Source: Gemmatimonadaceae bacterium
GTDB taxonomy: Bacteria > Gemmatimonadota > Gemmatimonadetes > Gemmatimonadales > Gemmatimonadaceae
DNA: 64,000 nucleotides
Direction of reading: 5' to 3'
Assembly: GCA_031373905.1 (NCBI GenBank)
Contig: JANMNM010000078.1
Location: forward strand, 25,387-89,386
How positions within the stretch are numbered: the first letter of the stretch is position 1; each line of letters begins with the position of its first letter. This document shows, in pieces, positions 1 through 10,196 of this stretch. A program made the position numbers and the translations under genes. The notes beneath the pieces were generated by a model. That model did not search any database and had not been told where the DNA came from. It saw nothing but the letters and a program-made list of their open reading frames with translations.

Positions 1-792
1 GCGGCCGCCGCCCCGGGCCGCCGTGCACGTCCGCAACTGCTCAGTGGCTGGGCCGCATTCAACGCGTTGCCGGAAGACCAGCGACTGCCCGGTGCCAATG
101 TGCTTGGATTCATCGAAGGCAGCGACCCGACGCTTCGCGATGAATACGTGTTGATGACCGCGCACTACGATCACGTGGGCATCGGCAATGCGATCGATGG
201 TGACTCGATCAACAACGGTGCCGACGATGACGCATCAGGCACGATTGCGGTGCTGCATGTCGCGCGATTGCTGGCGCGATCGCGCGTCAAGCCCCGACGC
301 ACCATCATCTTCGCCGCAATGACGGGCGAGGAAGTGGGCCTGCTTGGTACCCGATGGTTCATTGACCACCCGGCGCGCCCGCTGGCACAGCTCGTGGCGA
401 ACCTCGAAGTGGAGATGATCGGTCGTGCCGACAGTCTCGCCGATGGGGCGGGCAAGGCTTGGCTGACGGGCTACGAGCGCTCCACGCTCGGTGATCAGTT
501 GCGAGATGGCGGAGTTCCGATCGTGCCTGATCGCAGACCGTTGCAACGGTTCTTCGAGCGCAGTGACAACATCGCGTTCGCCCGGATGGGCATTCCGGCC
601 CACACGCTGTCGAGCTTCAATCTGCATGCCGACTATCACACGGTGCGCGATGAAGCGCGTTTTGCCGATCCCGCACACATGGCGCGAGTGATCGAGTCGG
701 CGGCGCAGGCGATGCTGATCCTTGCCAATGGCCCCAGGCCACGCTGGCATCCGAACGGACAGCCTTCCGGGACGGTGCGGCCGATGCGCTGA
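1..792 (+). CDS. M28 family metallopeptidase (aminopeptidase), 5' end outside window
   Basis: Frame 1 is open from base 1. Zinc-ligand style motifs HYDHVGIG, DDDASGTIAVLHVARLL and GEEVGLLGTRWF are typical of peptidase M28. Confidence 0.85.
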   Translation, partial: AAAAPGRRARPQLLSGWAAFNALPEDQRLPGANVLGFIEGSDPTLRDEYVLMTAHYDHVGIGNAIDGDSINNGADDDASGTIAVLHVARLLARSRVKPRRTIIFAAMTGEEVGLLGTRWFIDHPARPLAQLVANLEVEMIGRADSLADGAGKAWLTGYERSTLGDQLRDGGVPIVPDRRPLQRFFERSDNIAFARMGIPAHTLSSFNLHADYHTVRDEARFADPAHMARVIESAAQAMLILANGPRPRWHPNGQPSGTVRPMR

Positions 793-849
793 TCCCGATG
801 GCGCGGTGCTCAATCGCGGCGCGCAGGCGATCGGGCTGGTGGCCGCAGC

Positions 850-1554
850 ATGGTTGCGCCGGAGGTGTTTTGCGCCCATTCTCGCCGGATGAGCGCCGAT
901 GACGCGGACCGACTTGGCCCAAAGGGGCATGTGTTTGTCGAGCTCGTGCGTGAGCAGTGGCGCGCGCCGCTCGAGCGGCCGGGCGCACGTCGCGCGATCA
1001 TGCTCGCCTCCGTCGGGCTCGGCGTCATCCTGCTTGCCGGGTTGATGTCGATCCGTGCGACGCTGTCCCCTGGCGTGGCACTCGGCTTCATCGCCCTCGG
1101 CGGCCTGGCGGTGCTGAGCGCCATGCCGGAGCTGCGACAGGTGATTCCCGAGTTTGCCGAGTCGCGCCGGATTGGATGGGTGGAGCCGACGCTGGACGAT
1201 CACAGCGTGACCGTCGGCGAGCCAGCGACGTTCCGCGCCGTGCTGCATGCGCGGCGCAGCCTGTCCCTCCGCAATCTCACGTTGGTGGCGGAGGCGCGCC
1301 GCTGGAAAGGCGCCCTGCCGGCGGACCGCGCAATCTCGTTGCCGCTCCCGGTGAGCGTGAGAGGCGGTGACATCGCGAGTGGCGAGGACTGGCGACAGAC
1401 CGTCACGTTCAGGATCCCGGATACCGCACCGCCGAGCTACTACACTCCGACTGAGTCTCTCCGCTGGACACTGAAGCTCGAAATGACCTTTGCGGGCGAG
1501 CGGCAGTGGAGCCGGACATGGCCGATGCTGGTTTTTCCAGCAGACGCGCCATAG
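850..1554 (+). CDS. Hypothetical membrane protein (two TM helices plus a beta-rich C-terminal domain)
   Basis: Hydrophobic segments AIMLASVGLGVILLAGLMSI and VALGFIALGGLAVLSAM. The C-terminal composition looks like real coding sequence. No family recognised; the start is uncertain (alternative ATG at 889). Confidence 0.5.
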   Translation: MVAPEVFCAHSRRMSADDADRLGPKGHVFVELVREQWRAPLERPGARRAIMLASVGLGVILLAGLMSIRATLSPGVALGFIALGGLAVLSAMPELRQVIPEFAESRRIGWVEPTLDDHSVTVGEPATFRAVLHARRSLSLRNLTLVAEARRWKGALPADRAISLPLPVSVRGGDIASGEDWRQTVTFRIPDTAPPSYYTPTESLRWTLKLEMTFAGERQWSRTWPMLVFPADAP

Positions 1555-1677
1555 CCCCGTGCGGCGAGCGCGGATGTTGCATCTACAGCCCTGATCGGTC
1601 AGGATTCGCTCATCGAGCCGGCGTCAGCTTCGCGGTCGGCTGTTTCTTCTCAACTTTCTGGCATCAAGCCACCACTC

Positions 1678-4023
1678 ATGGCCATCGAGATCCGCCGCGC
1701 CGCTGTCATCGGCGCGGGCACGATGGGGAGCGGAATTGCCGCGCATCTGGCGAACGCGGGAATACCGGTCCTTCTGCTCGACATTGTTCCATCCGGCGCC
1801 ACCGAACGCAGTGCGCTGGCAACAGGCGCGCTGACGCGAATGCGCACCCAGCAGCCGAGCCCGTTCATGAGTGCGGAGGCCATGGCACTCGTCACGCCCG
1901 GCAACGTCGAAGACGACCTGGCGGGAGTCGGGGAAGTCGACTGGATCATCGAGGCGGTGTTCGAGGACCCGGCGGTGAAGGCGCCGCTCTATAGTCGTCT
2001 CGATGCGGTGCGCCGCGTCGGAAGCATCATCACGTCAAACACGTCGACGATTCCGCTCGCCCGGTTGATCGAGGGACAGACGCCGGAATTCGCGGCCGAC
2101 TTTGCGATCACGCATTTCTTCAATCCGCCGCGATACATGCGGCTGCTGGAACTGGTGAGTGGCCCGCAGACACGTCCTGAAGTCACGGCTGCACTGCACG
2201 CGGTGTGCGATGAGCGCCTTGGCAAGGGTGTCGTGGTCTGCAAGGACACCCCCGGCTTCATCGCGAACCGGATCGGGACCTACTTCATGTACTGCGCGAT
2301 GCATGAGGCGGCGACCCACGGGCTCAGCGTCGAAGAGACCGACGCGGTGTGCGGCAAGCCGATGGGACTGCCGAAGACCGGCATCTTTGGGCTCACCGAC
2401 CTGGTGGGACTCGATCTGATGCCGCACATCATGAAGAGCTTCCACGCCACGTTGCCTGCCGGTGATCCATTCCTCGCGTTGCCGACGACGTTTGCGCCGA
2501 TGGAAGCGCTGATTGCTGCCGGCAACACCGGTCGCAAGAGCAAGGGTGGCGGCTTCACGCGCCTGGTGCCCGACCCGAAGGGCGGGCGATCGAAGGAAGT
2601 CGTGGATCTGCAGACGGGCGCATATCGCGCCGAACGCACGCCGCAGCTCGCATCGCTGGCCGCGGCTCGCGGCAAGAGTGCCTTGCGGACGCTGGTCGCG
2701 TTTGACGATCGCGGCGGTCGCTTTGCCGCGGCGTTGCTCGCGAAAGGACTCTCGTACGCCGCGTCGCTCGTGCCGACGATCGCAGATCGCGTCAGCGCCG
2801 TGGATGAAGCGCTCCGGCTGGGGTACGGCTGGACCTTTGGGCCGTTCGAGTTGATCGACCAGCTTGGCGCCTCGACGTTCACCGCCCTGCTGCAGAAGCA
2901 CGGAATCCCGGTCCCGGCACTGGTTGCCATGAACCTGCCGTTCTACAGAGTGGAGCAGGGTGTGCTCGAGGAGTTGACACCTGGCGGCACGTACAGTGCC
3001 GTGCCCCGCGCCGCGGGCGTGCTGTCGCTCGCCGATGTCAAGCGGCGGAGCAAGCCTGTCATGCGCAACGGCTCGGCAAGCGTCTGGGATATCGGTGATG
3101 GCGTGCTGTGTCTCGAGTTCACCTCGAAGATGAACACGCTGGATCCTGACATCATGTCGATGATCCGTCAGATCATCGGAGCCCTGGGCGAAGGCCGGGG
3201 CGCCTATCGCGCGCTCGTGGTCTACAACGACGGCGAGAACTTCAGTGTGGGCGCCAACCTTGGCCTGGCGATGTTCTCGATCAACATCGCGATGTGGGAC
3301 GCCATCCAGCAAAGCATCGCCGATGGGCAGGCAACGTTTGCTGCGCTGCAGCACGCTCCGTTCCCGGTCGTCAGTGCGCCGGCCGGCATGGCGCTCGGCG
3401 GCGGCACCGAAATCACGCTGCACTCCGACGCGGTGCAGGCCTCGGCCGAGACTTACATGGGACTGGTCGAAGCGGGCGTGGGCATTGTTCCGGGCTGGGG
3501 CGGCTGCAAGGAGATGCTGATGCGCCACGTGGCCCCGGTGCAGAGCGATCCCGCGAAGGCGATGGCTGCCACGGGGCAGGTCTTCCAGACGATCGCGATG
3601 GCGAAGACGTCGACTTCAGCCGCCGATGCGCGCGCCCTCGGCTATCTCAGGGCGAGCGACGGCGTGACCATGAACCGCGACCGATTGCTGGCGGATGCCA
3701 AGGCGCGCGCGTTGGCACTGGTGCCGGGCTATCAGCCGCCGGCCCCGCGCAGCGCGGTGCTCGGCGGCGTCCGTGGGAAGGCGATGCTGATGGCGGGGGT
3801 CAACGCGATGGCTGCTGCCGGCAAGGTCACTGCGCATGACCAAGTCGTGGCCGAGCATCTCGCAGCCGTCCTCACCGGAGGTGACTCCGATGGCACGGCG
3901 TCGTTCGATGAGGCAGCGCTGTTGACGCTGGAACGCACGCATTTCATGCAACTCGCACGCACGCCGGGCTCACTCGCCCGGATCGAGCATATGCTCGCCA
4001 CCGGCAAGCCGCTGCGCAACTGA
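1678..4023 (+). CDS. Bifunctional 3-hydroxyacyl-CoA dehydrogenase / enoyl-CoA hydratase-like protein (FadN type)
   Basis: N-terminal Rossmann motif VIGAGTMGSGIAAHLANAG, a 3HCDH-like middle part, and a C-terminal crotonase-like region (NFSVGANL, GGGTEITLH). It sits next to an acyl-CoA dehydrogenase. Confidence 0.85.
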   Translation: MAIEIRRAAVIGAGTMGSGIAAHLANAGIPVLLLDIVPSGATERSALATGALTRMRTQQPSPFMSAEAMALVTPGNVEDDLAGVGEVDWIIEAVFEDPAVKAPLYSRLDAVRRVGSIITSNTSTIPLARLIEGQTPEFAADFAITHFFNPPRYMRLLELVSGPQTRPEVTAALHAVCDERLGKGVVVCKDTPGFIANRIGTYFMYCAMHEAATHGLSVEETDAVCGKPMGLPKTGIFGLTDLVGLDLMPHIMKSFHATLPAGDPFLALPTTFAPMEALIAAGNTGRKSKGGGFTRLVPDPKGGRSKEVVDLQTGAYRAERTPQLASLAAARGKSALRTLVAFDDRGGRFAAALLAKGLSYAASLVPTIADRVSAVDEALRLGYGWTFGPFELIDQLGASTFTALLQKHGIPVPALVAMNLPFYRVEQGVLEELTPGGTYSAVPRAAGVLSLADVKRRSKPVMRNGSASVWDIGDGVLCLEFTSKMNTLDPDIMSMIRQIIGALGEGRGAYRALVVYNDGENFSVGANLGLAMFSINIAMWDAIQQSIADGQATFAALQHAPFPVVSAPAGMALGGGTEITLHSDAVQASAETYMGLVEAGVGIVPGWGGCKEMLMRHVAPVQSDPAKAMAATGQVFQTIAMAKTSTSAADARALGYLRASDGVTMNRDRLLADAKARALALVPGYQPPAPRSAVLGGVRGKAMLMAGVNAMAAAGKVTAHDQVVAEHLAAVLTGGDSDGTASFDEAALLTLERTHFMQLARTPGSLARIEHMLATGKPLRN

Positions 4024-4036
4024 GGATCACGGGAAC

Positions 4037-5827
4037 ATGCCAACGTACAAGGCTCCACTGGACGACATCAAGTTCGTCCTCAACGACGTGATCGACTATT
4101 CGCGGCTCACGTCGTTGCCGGGCTACGCGGACTTTGATGCGGAGACGGCGATGTCGGTGCTGGAAGGGGCGGCGCAGTTCTGCGAGGAGGTGCTGCAACC
4201 GATCAATCAGAGCGGAGACGCTGAGGGCTGTCGGATAGACAACGGCGTCGTCACGACGCCCGCCGGCTTCAAGGACGCGTATCGCCAGTACGTGGAGACG
4301 GGCTGGCCGGCGCTTTCCGCCGATGCGGAGTTCGGCGGGCAGGGGTTTCCGCAGACACTGCGATTTGCCGTCGAGGAGATGATCTGCGCTTCGAATCTCA
4401 GCTTCGGGATGTTCCCCGGCCTGAGCCATGGCGCGTACCACGCACTGCTGATGCACGGCGCGGACGAGCTGAAGGCCACGTGGCTGCCGAAACTCGTCAC
4501 GGGTGAGTGGTCAGGGACGATGTGCCTGACGGAAGCGCAGTGCGGCACGGATCTCGGGTTGCTCACGACGCGCGCTGATCCACGCCCGGATGGCAGCTAC
4601 GCAATCACCGGCAACAAGATCTTCATTTCGGCCGGCGAGCACGATCTGACCTCGAACATCGTGCATCTCGTGCTGGCTCGCCTGCCAGACGCACCGCCCG
4701 GCATCAAGGGCATCAGCCTGTTCATCGTCCCGAAATTGCTGCTCAACGCCGACGGGACACCCGGCGCTGACAACGCGGTGCGGTGCGTGAGCATCGAGCA
4801 CAAGATGGGGATCAAGGCGTCGCCCACCTGCGTGCTGGCGTTCGAGAATTCGATCGGGTGGCTGGTCGGCGAGACGAACAAGGGCATGCGCGGCATGTTC
4901 ACGATGATGATCGCCGCGCGACTCGCCGTCGGCATGCAGGGTCTCGGATTGAGTGAGGTGGCGTATCAGAATGCCGTGACGTACGCCAGGGACCGGTTGC
5001 AGGGACGCGCGCTCACGGGCGCGAAGAACCCGGCGGGCCCCGCTGACCCGCTCATCGTGCACCCCGACGTGCGACGGTCACTGCTGACGATCCGCGCATT
5101 CAATGAAGGGGCGCGTGCACTGTCGCTCTGGGTCGGCACGCACATCGACCTGCACGAGAAGCACCCGGATCCCGCCGTGCAGAAGGACGCGGATGACTTT
5201 GTCGCGCTGATGACGCCGATCGTGAAGGCGTACTTCACCGACATGGGCTTCGAATGCACGAACCTCGCGCTGCAGATCTACGGCGGGCACGGGTACATCC
5301 GTGAATACGGCATGGAGCAGTTCGTGCGTGACGCACGAATCGCGCAGATCTACGAGGGCGCGAATGGCATTCAGGCGCTCGATCTCGTCGGTCGCAAGCT
5401 GCCGGCGGAAGGTGGCCGCTTTCTGCGCTTCTTCTTCCATCCGCTCTCCGAGCGACTTGAACGCACGGTGCAGCACCCGCAGCTGAAGGAGTTCGCGGAA
5501 CCGTTCGCAAAGATCTTCCAGCGACTGCAGCAGGCGACGCAGTTCATCGCGCTGAAGTCGCTCTCGAATCCCGACGAGGCCGGTGCCGCAAGCACGGATT
5601 ACCTCAGGATGTTCGGGCTGGTTGCGCTTGGCGACATGTGGCTGCGCATGGCGGAGGCGTCGTATGCCAAGTTGCCGACCGCGAACGGCGACCGTCAGTT
5701 CTACGACTCGAAGATCAAGACGGCGCGGTTCTTCTTCACGAAGATGCTCCCGGAGGCCCACGGCCTCTTCGCCCGCATCATGGCGGGCTCAGCACCGGTC
5801 ATGGAGATGGAGGCCGAGGCGTTCTAG
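4037..5827 (+). CDS. Long-type acyl-CoA dehydrogenase (FadE-like, with C-terminal extension)
   Basis: N-terminus MPTYKAPLDDIKFVLNDV plus the motifs CLTEAQCGTDLG and IYEGANGIQALDLVGRK are characteristic of ACADs. It lies 13 nt downstream of the FadN-like gene. Confidence 0.85.
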   Translation: MPTYKAPLDDIKFVLNDVIDYSRLTSLPGYADFDAETAMSVLEGAAQFCEEVLQPINQSGDAEGCRIDNGVVTTPAGFKDAYRQYVETGWPALSADAEFGGQGFPQTLRFAVEEMICASNLSFGMFPGLSHGAYHALLMHGADELKATWLPKLVTGEWSGTMCLTEAQCGTDLGLLTTRADPRPDGSYAITGNKIFISAGEHDLTSNIVHLVLARLPDAPPGIKGISLFIVPKLLLNADGTPGADNAVRCVSIEHKMGIKASPTCVLAFENSIGWLVGETNKGMRGMFTMMIAARLAVGMQGLGLSEVAYQNAVTYARDRLQGRALTGAKNPAGPADPLIVHPDVRRSLLTIRAFNEGARALSLWVGTHIDLHEKHPDPAVQKDADDFVALMTPIVKAYFTDMGFECTNLALQIYGGHGYIREYGMEQFVRDARIAQIYEGANGIQALDLVGRKLPAEGGRFLRFFFHPLSERLERTVQHPQLKEFAEPFAKIFQRLQQATQFIALKSLSNPDEAGAASTDYLRMFGLVALGDMWLRMAEASYAKLPTANGDRQFYDSKIKTARFFFTKMLPEAHGLFARIMAGSAPVMEMEAEAF

Positions 5828-6017
5828 CCCGGGAAGCGCTACACTCAAGTAGACGCCGGCGCGGGCGAGTGAACCCGGCGCCCGACGTGCCGAGACTAGG
5901 CGGGGACAACTGTCCAGTGTTGCTGTTCCGCGCCGCTGTCGTCGTACCCACAGGTGGTGTGGGACCGCCTGGATGTATCGCGCTGCTGCCACTCATTCGG
6001 AGGGGCAGAACCGCGGT

Positions 6018-7313
6018 ATGCCGTATCGACGATGGGAGACTCCCGTGCATCCCGAACTATTCGAACTCAAGGCTCTCGTTGCAGGGCGCCTGGACGCGCA
6101 TCGGCGCCGCGAGATCGATGATCATCTCGGTCGCTGCGCCGAGTGTTCTCGCCAGTACGTCGCGATCATGCTCGGCAACACGTCCCCGAAGACCGCTGAG
6201 GCTGAGGCACGCGAGGCGCTGATACCGACCAGCGCCGGCAGTGGCGCGATGGCCATTGCAGGAAACGGCGCCGCGGCCCGCGCGCCGGCATACGGCATCG
6301 ACTCGTCGATCGTCACGGCGGCACCGCCACCCGCACCGGCGCCGCGCCCTGCACCGGTTCGCGCCGCGGAGATTCCGCAGGCTCCATTGCGCGGCCAGCA
6401 GGCGGTGTCGGCCAGCCTGGTTGATGCGATTACACGACTGCGCGCCGAATCCGAGGCGGCAGCAGTCGCGCCCCCACCGACGGCACCGGCAGCGTCGCCG
6501 GTCCTGATCGCGCTGGCCCCCGAGATCGTCGTGCCGGCAGAACCGGAGTCACCGCTGATCGAGCCGTCGATCTTCATGCCGACGCCGCTCAACACGGTGT
6601 CGATCCTGAATCCAGCCGTCGCGCCGGCCACGGCGCGGCCTGTCGCGCCCAATGAGGCGTCTGCATCGACACCGAAGCCGGAATTGGTCGTCACATTCTC
6701 GTCGACCCCTGTGCGGACACGCGCACAACGGTCGGCGACGCAGCAACCCGCCTCGACGCCGAGCGACGCTGCGTATGTGTCACTCGCCGTGCCAACAAGT
6801 CTGTCGCAGCCGCTGAGTGAATACATCGGCGCACCGGCGCGCCCCGCCGATTCGCAACGCAGGTTCCGGATGGCACTGGTGATCGGAGCCGCGGCGTTCG
6901 CCCTGATTGTGGCTGTCAGCGGGTATCGGTATTTCCAGACCTCCGTGTCTGCCGCCGCCCGCGCCGCCGCCGCCGACGCGGCCAAACAGGTCAAGGCCAC
7001 AGCCGCTGCTGCGACGACAGCATTGCCTGCGGCACCATCGGCACCGGCGGTGCAGACGCGCATCGTGTATCGCGATGCGCCTCGCCGGAGTGGTGAGGCG
7101 GCGCGCGACACGAAGCCGTCGCGAGCCGACGCGCCCGTCGCGGGCTCCACCCTGACGCAGCCCTCGAGCCTCGGCGTCGTACTCCCCGATGTCAACCTTC
7201 CGACACAGGGAGCGGACGCGGCGCTGGTCACCAATGCGCAGCGCAGCGCGACGTCCGAGCTCACTCGCAGCGCGCGCGCGACGGCGTCGCGGACCGGCAG
7301 CCCGCGTCCGTAG
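6018..7313 (+). CDS. zf-HC2 anti-sigma-factor-like membrane protein, Pro/Ala-rich
   Basis: H-x3-C-x2-C motif (DDHLGRCAECSRQY) near the N-terminus, a long low-complexity P/A region, and one TM helix (FRMALVIGAAAFALIVAVSGY). Start chosen at the internal ATG 6018; 5973 is also possible. Confidence 0.6.
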   Translation: MPYRRWETPVHPELFELKALVAGRLDAHRRREIDDHLGRCAECSRQYVAIMLGNTSPKTAEAEAREALIPTSAGSGAMAIAGNGAAARAPAYGIDSSIVTAAPPPAPAPRPAPVRAAEIPQAPLRGQQAVSASLVDAITRLRAESEAAAVAPPPTAPAASPVLIALAPEIVVPAEPESPLIEPSIFMPTPLNTVSILNPAVAPATARPVAPNEASASTPKPELVVTFSSTPVRTRAQRSATQQPASTPSDAAYVSLAVPTSLSQPLSEYIGAPARPADSQRRFRMALVIGAAAFALIVAVSGYRYFQTSVSAAARAAAADAAKQVKATAAAATTALPAAPSAPAVQTRIVYRDAPRRSGEAARDTKPSRADAPVAGSTLTQPSSLGVVLPDVNLPTQGADAALVTNAQRSATSELTRSARATASRTGSPRP

Positions 7314-7440
7314 CGCCCTGGGGTGCCACGGCAACGTGACAAGGCGGGCCACTGCGAACGCGCGGTGGCCCGCGTTGCATCGGTGTGCACGGGTTTGAGC
7401 GTCGGGCATCTCCATGCAGACCCGACACCTGAGGCACCAT

Positions 7441-9675
7441 ATGTCGAAACAGGTTCTGCTCCGCCGCTCGTCCCTGCTCGCCGCCACGCTCCTCTGCGGG
7501 CTCAGTCTCCCGGTGCGCGCGACGGCCCAAGGGTGGATCGAGCCCGAGGCTCGCCCCACGAGTACCCGTCCAGTGGATTGGAGTGTCGCGCGCGTCGCCA
7601 CCACGATTCGTGCAACCATTGAAGGGCGTGTCGCGCGCATCGAGGTCGAGGAGCGCTTCCGGAACAATGGAAACGGCATCGCCGAAGGGACGTATCACTA
7701 TCCTCTCGCGGGCGAGGCCGTCTTCCAGTCCCTCTCGCTCTGGATGGGTGAAACAGAGGTCCGCGGCGAGCTGATGGATGCATCCCGCGCTCGTGGGATC
7801 TACGAAGAAATCGTTCGACGTCGCCGTGACCCGGCGCTCGTCACACTCGCTGGCCATCAGCTCCTGCGAGCGCAGGTGTTCCCGATACAGCCTGGCGAGA
7901 CGCGACGCGTCGTGCTTCGGTTCACGCAGCTGCTGGACAAGGAAGGCGACGCGTTGCGGTGGCGATATGCGCTTGGCCCGGAGGAGCGCGGGTCGGCGCG
8001 GCCCGATATCCGCGTCGTGCTTAAAGATGCAGCGCAATTCGGTCGCCCGTTCTCACCGACTCACGCGGTGCAGGTGAGTGGTGCGGATGATCGCGAAGTC
8101 ACGGTCACCGATGCGTCGCGGGGCGATGTGGAGCTCTTCCTGCCACTCCGTTCGACGGCAGCGGGGCTCAGCGTCGTCTCACACGCACCTGGCGGAGAGG
8201 ACGGCTACTTCCTGTTGTACGTGACTCCGCCCGAGATGCGCAGCACGGACGCCATCAGCCGCAACCTGACGATGGTCGTTGACGTCTCCGGTTCGATGAG
8301 TGGCCCGAAACTTCAGCAGGCCAAGGCGGCGATCCGTCAGATGCTTGGCACGCTGACGACGCGCGATCGTTTCCGGCTCGTGTCCTTCTCCTCCGGTGTG
8401 CGATCGTTCCGCGAGGAGTTCGCCAATGCTGACGCTGCAGCGTTGGATGCCGCGCGCCAATGGACTGATGCGCTGGTGGCTGATGGTGGCACGAACATCG
8501 AGGGCGCGCTGCGCGAATCGCTACGTCACAGCCGGGATGAGCGGCGGAACGCGGCATTGAACGTCCTCGTGTTCCTCACGGACGGCGTGCCGAGTGTCGG
8601 TGAATCCCAGCCGGAGCGTCTGGCTGCCATCGCGGCCGAGGGCGCCGAGCGCACCCGGATCTTCACGATTGGAATCGGCACGGATGTGAACACCTTCCTG
8701 CTCGAGCGCATGGCCCAGGATGGCCGGGGCGCGGTGGGCTTCGTTCCACCCGACGGAAGTGTCGAGGAGACGGTCGGGAGTCTTGCCCGGAAGCTGCGCG
8801 CGCCCGCGCTGGTGGATCTGCGCGTCGTCTCATCGCCGGCACGCATCGTGTCGATGGAACCTGTGCGCTTGCCCGACCTCTTCACCGGACAGGAATTGGT
8901 GGTGTTGGGCCGGTATGAAGGCAGTGGCAGCGGGCCGCTGGTGATTGAGGGAATGCGCGACGGCCAGAGCGTGCGGGTGGCGACGACGGTGACGTTTGCT
9001 GCGCGAGATCAGGATCACGAGTATGTGAGCACGCTCTGGGCTGCGCGACGGATTGGATCATTGTCGCGCACGATGCGTCTCGAAGGCGCAACGCCAACCC
9101 GCATCGAGGAGATCCGCGGTCTTGCCCTGCGTCATGGGATCGTGACGGAGTACACCGCGTATCTCGTCCAGGAACCCGTGGTGACCGCGGTAACGCAAGG
9201 CCCACTGCGCGATAGCGTCGCACGCGAGGCGGTTGCGCGAGCAGCGCCGTCCTCGAAGGCGCAAACCGGCCGGGGTGCGTTCGAGCAGGCGCAGACCAGT
9301 GCGGGGTATGCGGATGCGGGTTCCGTGTCCGAGGCGCGTCGGGTGAGCAATCGGGCACAGGACCGCGCGGCGCAGGTGGCTCCCTCCGTGGCAGGAGCGC
9401 GCCAGCGGGTGGCCGGAAGCCGGCGCTATGAGCAGCAGGGGACCCAGTGGACCGATATCGGACATCACGCACAGCGTGTTGTGAACGTGGAAGTGTTCTC
9501 TGCGGCTTACTTTGCCTTGTTGCGGGCGCTCCCGGAGCTTCGCGATGCGTCGCAACTCGGCGACGATGTGCTGGTGGCTGGTCGCCGGGTGAGCATCCGG
9601 TTGCAGCGGACGGGCCAGGCGTCGTTGGCCGGGAACGAGCTGCTGCAGCTGACGAAGGATTTCCGCGGCGCCTGA
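7441..9675 (+). CDS. VIT domain + von Willebrand factor type A domain protein, secreted
   Basis: Signal-like N-terminus, a VIT-like block (VARIEVEERFRNNGNGIAEGTYHYPL...LSLWMGETEVRGEL), and a vWA MIDAS motif (VVDVSGSMSG). The start could be 7414. Confidence 0.8.
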   Translation: MSKQVLLRRSSLLAATLLCGLSLPVRATAQGWIEPEARPTSTRPVDWSVARVATTIRATIEGRVARIEVEERFRNNGNGIAEGTYHYPLAGEAVFQSLSLWMGETEVRGELMDASRARGIYEEIVRRRRDPALVTLAGHQLLRAQVFPIQPGETRRVVLRFTQLLDKEGDALRWRYALGPEERGSARPDIRVVLKDAAQFGRPFSPTHAVQVSGADDREVTVTDASRGDVELFLPLRSTAAGLSVVSHAPGGEDGYFLLYVTPPEMRSTDAISRNLTMVVDVSGSMSGPKLQQAKAAIRQMLGTLTTRDRFRLVSFSSGVRSFREEFANADAAALDAARQWTDALVADGGTNIEGALRESLRHSRDERRNAALNVLVFLTDGVPSVGESQPERLAAIAAEGAERTRIFTIGIGTDVNTFLLERMAQDGRGAVGFVPPDGSVEETVGSLARKLRAPALVDLRVVSSPARIVSMEPVRLPDLFTGQELVVLGRYEGSGSGPLVIEGMRDGQSVRVATTVTFAARDQDHEYVSTLWAARRIGSLSRTMRLEGATPTRIEEIRGLALRHGIVTEYTAYLVQEPVVTAVTQGPLRDSVAREAVARAAPSSKAQTGRGAFEQAQTSAGYADAGSVSEARRVSNRAQDRAAQVAPSVAGARQRVAGSRRYEQQGTQWTDIGHHAQRVVNVEVFSAAYFALLRALPELRDASQLGDDVLVAGRRVSIRLQRTGQASLAGNELLQLTKDFRGA

Positions 9676-9689
9676 CGCTTCAACTGACC

Positions 9690-10196
9690 ATGGGACTGGA
9701 CCTCGGTGGACTGTTTCGCGACTACCACGAGTCGCTCGTGCGGATGCTCACGCGTCGCACGGGCGACCGCGGTCGCGCAGAGGAGCTGGCGCAGGAAACG
9801 TTCGCGCGAGCGGTGGCTGCTCCACCGACCAACCCTCGGCCCTGGCTGTTCGCCGTCGCGCTGAACCTCCTGCGAGAGGAGGGCCGCAACGCCGCGACGC
9901 GCGAACGGCGGCTGGTACTGGTTCGTGATGAGGATCATGTCGCGCCATACGAGCCGCCGGACGAAGCGTATGAACGAGAGGAGACCCGGCTGCGTGTGCG
10001 CGCCGCCCTCTCGCAGCTTTCGGAGCGCGATCGGGATGTACTGCTGCTGCAGGCTGAAGGATTTGACTATGACGAAATCGCGACCGCCACCGGGCTGTCG
10101 CGGGGGGCCATCGGGACCACACTGGCGAGAGCGCGCAAGCGCATGCTCGAGGTGTACACGCAGGGAGAGGGAGAGTCACATGTCGCACGTGGATGA
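9690..10196 (+). CDS. ECF (sigma-70 family) RNA polymerase sigma factor
   Basis: Region 2 (AEELAQETFARAV...PWLFAVALNLLRE) and region 4 HTH (LSERDRDVLLLQAEGFDYDEIATATGLSRGAIGTTLARARKRM). Internal ATG of ORF 9447..10196, 15 nt after the vWA gene stop. Confidence 0.85.
   Translation: MGLDLGGLFRDYHESLVRMLTRRTGDRGRAEELAQETFARAVAAPPTNPRPWLFAVALNLLREEGRNAATRERRLVLVRDEDHVAPYEPPDEAYEREETRLRVRAALSQLSERDRDVLLLQAEGFDYDEIATATGLSRGAIGTTLARARKRMLEVYTQGEGESHVARG

Noticed and set aside
2035-3528. 497-aa minus-strand ORF antisense to the FadN-like gene. Similar cases are 235..1248, 6122..7390 and 6780..7679.
   Set aside because: The composition is Arg/Ala/Pro/His-rich and typical of an off-frame in high-GC DNA. 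The ORF overlaps a gene with clear family motifs and has no recognisable domain.
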